Assembly: GCA_913042205.1 (NCBI GenBank)
Contig: CAJWIY010000004.1
Location: forward strand, 3,911-67,910
DNA: 64,000 nt
Origin: an uncultured Gammaproteobacteria bacterium
GTDB lineage: Bacteria; Pseudomonadota; Gammaproteobacteria; Pseudomonadales; Litorivicinaceae
Reading direction: 5' to 3'
Part shown: positions 62,174-64,000 of the stretch, piece by piece
Position numbering within the stretch: position 1 is the stretch's first letter
How the letters are laid out: each line of letters opens with the position of its first letter
Made by a program: the position numbers and the translations under genes
Notes under the pieces: generated by a model
What the model was told of the DNA's origin: nothing
Seen by the model: the letters and a program-made list of their open reading frames with translations, nothing else
Databases searched by the model: none

Positions 62174-64000
62174 CTATTTATCTCTAATAATAATATTTCC
62201 CTGCGCGTCCAGCTCGGCAGTCTGGAGAGGAATGACCAGCGTCGTGGTATCCGACTGTTCTATCACAACTGGACCCTCGTACGTTCGATTCGACTCCATC
62301 ATCTCGCGTTGCATGACCGCCACCTCAAAACATTGTGAAGATCCATCAACATCAAAGGTTGCAGTTCGAAGACGAGGATCTTGTTCTAACGCTCCTGTCG
62401 CGGGTAGTACATCAAAGACTGACTGGTCCCTATCCGGAGCAGCGCTACCTACCAATCGATAAGACATAATCTCCACAGGCTGGGTATCAGCTGCATGACC
62501 AAATTTTTTTGCATGCATATCATCAAAATCAGACCGAACAATCTTTGTATTTAAATCGTCAGTGGTTACCGCCACAGATAACTCGTAACCCTGCCCCTGA
62601 TATCTCAGGTCCATATATCGCTCGACTGTCAATGTAGACCGAGGGAAACCCTCGTCTTCAAATTTGGTCACTGCGTCTTGCTCAAGATCTCTGAAGATAT
62701 CTTGTACCGATTCAGATGTCGCTTCCGACAGGGCCTGTGGCTTGGTACTTATAAACTCATGTTTAACGTCAGCTTGTAACAAGCCCAAAGCTGAAGTGAC
62801 ACCTGGTCTGGCCGGAATCAATACCTGTCTGAGACCAAGTTCGCGCATAATCCTCGATGCATGTAACGGCCCGGCTCCACCGAATGCGACTAGCGTGAAT
62901 TCCCTCAAATCTAATCCTTTGCTCGTCGCTAGCGCCCTAACGGCCTCAGCCATTTTAATATCAACCACCTTGAGAACACCGAGCGCAGCATCGTCCACAG
63001 AAAGATCAAGAGGTTTTGCTAGCTTTTTATTTATTGCATTTTTAGCGGCTTCGACATCTAGGGTGAGATGATCTTTAACCTCTTCTCGGTTATCCAAATA
63101 TCCGAGGATTACATTACAGTCTGTGACAGTAGGAGTCTCCCCACCCCGTCCATAAGCTACAGGACCAGGGACCGCACCCGCGCTCTCGGGTCCGACATGT
63201 AACAGGCCCCCATCGTCAACCCAAGCAAGGGTGCCTCCACCAGCGGAGAGGGTCTCGACCTGAACCGAGGGAAGACAGATGTGGCGGCCATCAATATCGA
63301 AGCGATCCCGTATCTCGACGGAACGGCCTTCTGTGACCGCGACGTCACAACTGGTGCCTCCCATGTCAAATGAAATGCCATGCTCGAGCCCTGCCTTGTC
63401 AAGAATGGACAACGATGCCATAACACCACCGGCAAGACCCGACATCAGCGTAGACACGGGACGCTCTGCGGTTGTTTCAAGGGAACCAACGCCCCCGTTC
63501 GATTGCATCACGTAACGCTTTTTCGTGGTAACTCCAAGACCCGAAATCGCACGATCCAACTCGGATAGATAACGGTCCATTTTTGGTCTCAAGTAGGCAT
63601 TGATAACCGTCGTCGATAGCCTGTAATACTCTCGAATGAATGGGCAAATTTCGTTCGATAGGGTTACCTGAACACCGGGCAGTACCTCGTTAGCGATGCG
63701 CCGAACCGCTCGTTCATGTTCTGGGTTTACAAAAGAGAACAAGAGACATACAGCGATTCCCTCGACATCCTCATCCTTAAGATTTTCCAGCCTAGATCTT
63801 GTCAACTCGAGATCAATCTCTCGGACGATCTCTCCCTTCGATCCAGTTCGTTCTGGGACCTCAACAACATTGGATCTATCCACCAACAGCTTTGGTCTCT
63901 GGTAACGGATGTTAAAGATCTCTTTTCCGTATGGTCTCGCTTGTTCCTGAACCTCATAAATGGCGTCAAAACCTTCAGTAATAACAAGCGCCGTTTTGCT
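62174..64000 (-). CDS. Hydantoinase A / oxoprolinase family protein (HyuA-like), 5' end outside the window
   Basis: The reading frame stays open to the window edge (...SKTALVITEGFDAIYEVQEQARPY...RPKLLVDRSNVVEVPER...), so the ORF-track start at 63886 is internal. ASKHA motifs DMGGTSCDV and AFGGAGPLHA. Confidence 0.85.
   Translation of the reverse strand, partial: SKTALVITEGFDAIYEVQEQARPYGKEIFNIRYQRPKLLVDRSNVVEVPERTGSKGEIVREIDLELTRSRLENLKDEDVEGIAVCLLFSFVNPEHERAVRRIANEVLPGVQVTLSNEICPFIREYYRLSTTVINAYLRPKMDRYLSELDRAISGLGVTTKKRYVMQSNGGVGSLETTAERPVSTLMSGLAGGVMASLSILDKAGLEHGISFDMGGTSCDVAVTEGRSVEIRDRFDIDGRHICLPSVQVETLSAGGGTLAWVDDGGLLHVGPESAGAVPGPVAYGRGGETPTVTDCNVILGYLDNREEVKDHLTLDVEAAKNAINKKLAKPLDLSVDDAALGVLKVVDIKMAEAVRALATSKGLDLREFTLVAFGGAGPLHASRIMRELGLRQVLIPARPGVTSALGLLQADVKHEFISTKPQALSEATSESVQDIFRDLEQDAVTKFEDEGFPRSTLTVERYMDLRYQGQGYELSVAVTTDDLNTKIVRSDFDDMHAKKFGHAADTQPVEIMSYRLVGSAAPDRDQSVFDVLPATGALEQDPRLRTATFDVDGSSQCFEVAVMQREMMESNRTYEGPVVIEQSDTTTLVIPLQTAELDAQGNIIIRDK

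Noticed and set aside
1-64000. Search for mobile elements, integrases, CRISPR arrays, tRNA/rRNA genes, toxin-antitoxin pairs or defence systems
   Set aside because: No transposase, integrase or recombinase-like ORFs were seen. I found no regularly spaced direct repeats and no tRNA-like structures in the short intergenic regions, all of which are under 320 nt. No nuclease, ATPase or methylase combinations typical of defence islands were recognised either. The island character here is metabolic rather than mobile, as far as the sequence shows.

Overview
This 64-kb window is gene-dense, with about 60 CDS, short or overlapping gene junctions and frequent TTG/GTG starts. I saw no rRNA, tRNA, CRISPR array, transposase or integrase by eye. 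Apart from one RhlE-type DEAD-box helicase, nearly everything encodes uptake and catabolism of aromatic or carboxylic acids. It looks like a catabolic super-island in a compact proteobacterial genome; the taxon is inference, and GC looks mid to upper 40s % by eye, not computed. Recognisable modules: (i) a complete protocatechuate 4,5-cleavage operon ligA-ligB-ligC-(DUF1932 oxidoreductase)-ligJ-ligK-ligU-ligI (8329-15347, minus strand); (ii) a DctPQM-type TRAP transporter with type-I extradiol dioxygenase, MhpA-like hydroxylase, FAH-family hydrolase, MFS and TauD-like genes (16331-24956); (iii) an orphan hyuB-pobA-class II aldolase-like operon (25020-28659); (iv) an uncharacterised EutA-like ATPase / bicupin / TauD-like / OCD operon, downstream of a TTT transporter that carries an apparent TctA-TctB fusion (29419-37223); (v) an o-phthalate 4,5-dioxygenase pathway (reductase, Gfo/Idh/MocA dihydrodiol dehydrogenase, extra nadC, oxygenase, decarboxylase) with a TAXI-TRAP transporter (39683-49098); (vi) a TSUP-MarR-SDR-second decarboxylase operon (49228-52258); (vii) two tandem monocupins, a split permease and a dienelactone hydrolase (52574-55589); (viii) a second phthalate-family Rieske oxygenase with a stop/start-coupled orphan ORF, plus a divergent operon of Rieske ferredoxin, ACMSD-type amidohydrolase, flavin hydroxylase and class II aldolase-like genes (55593-61274); (ix) a TauD-like gene and a 5'-truncated hyuA at the right edge. 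The strongest non-coding signal is a recurring palindrome, CTTAG-N4-CTAAG. It has four exact and two one-mismatch copies, all in 5'/intergenic DNA, and it links modules iv, v, vi and viii. The only transcription factor in the window is a MarR (50012-50482), so it is the obvious candidate binder. A nucleotide-kinase gene is broken by a +1 frameshift in a C6 tract. All functional calls rest on motif and family recognition by eye; no searches were run.
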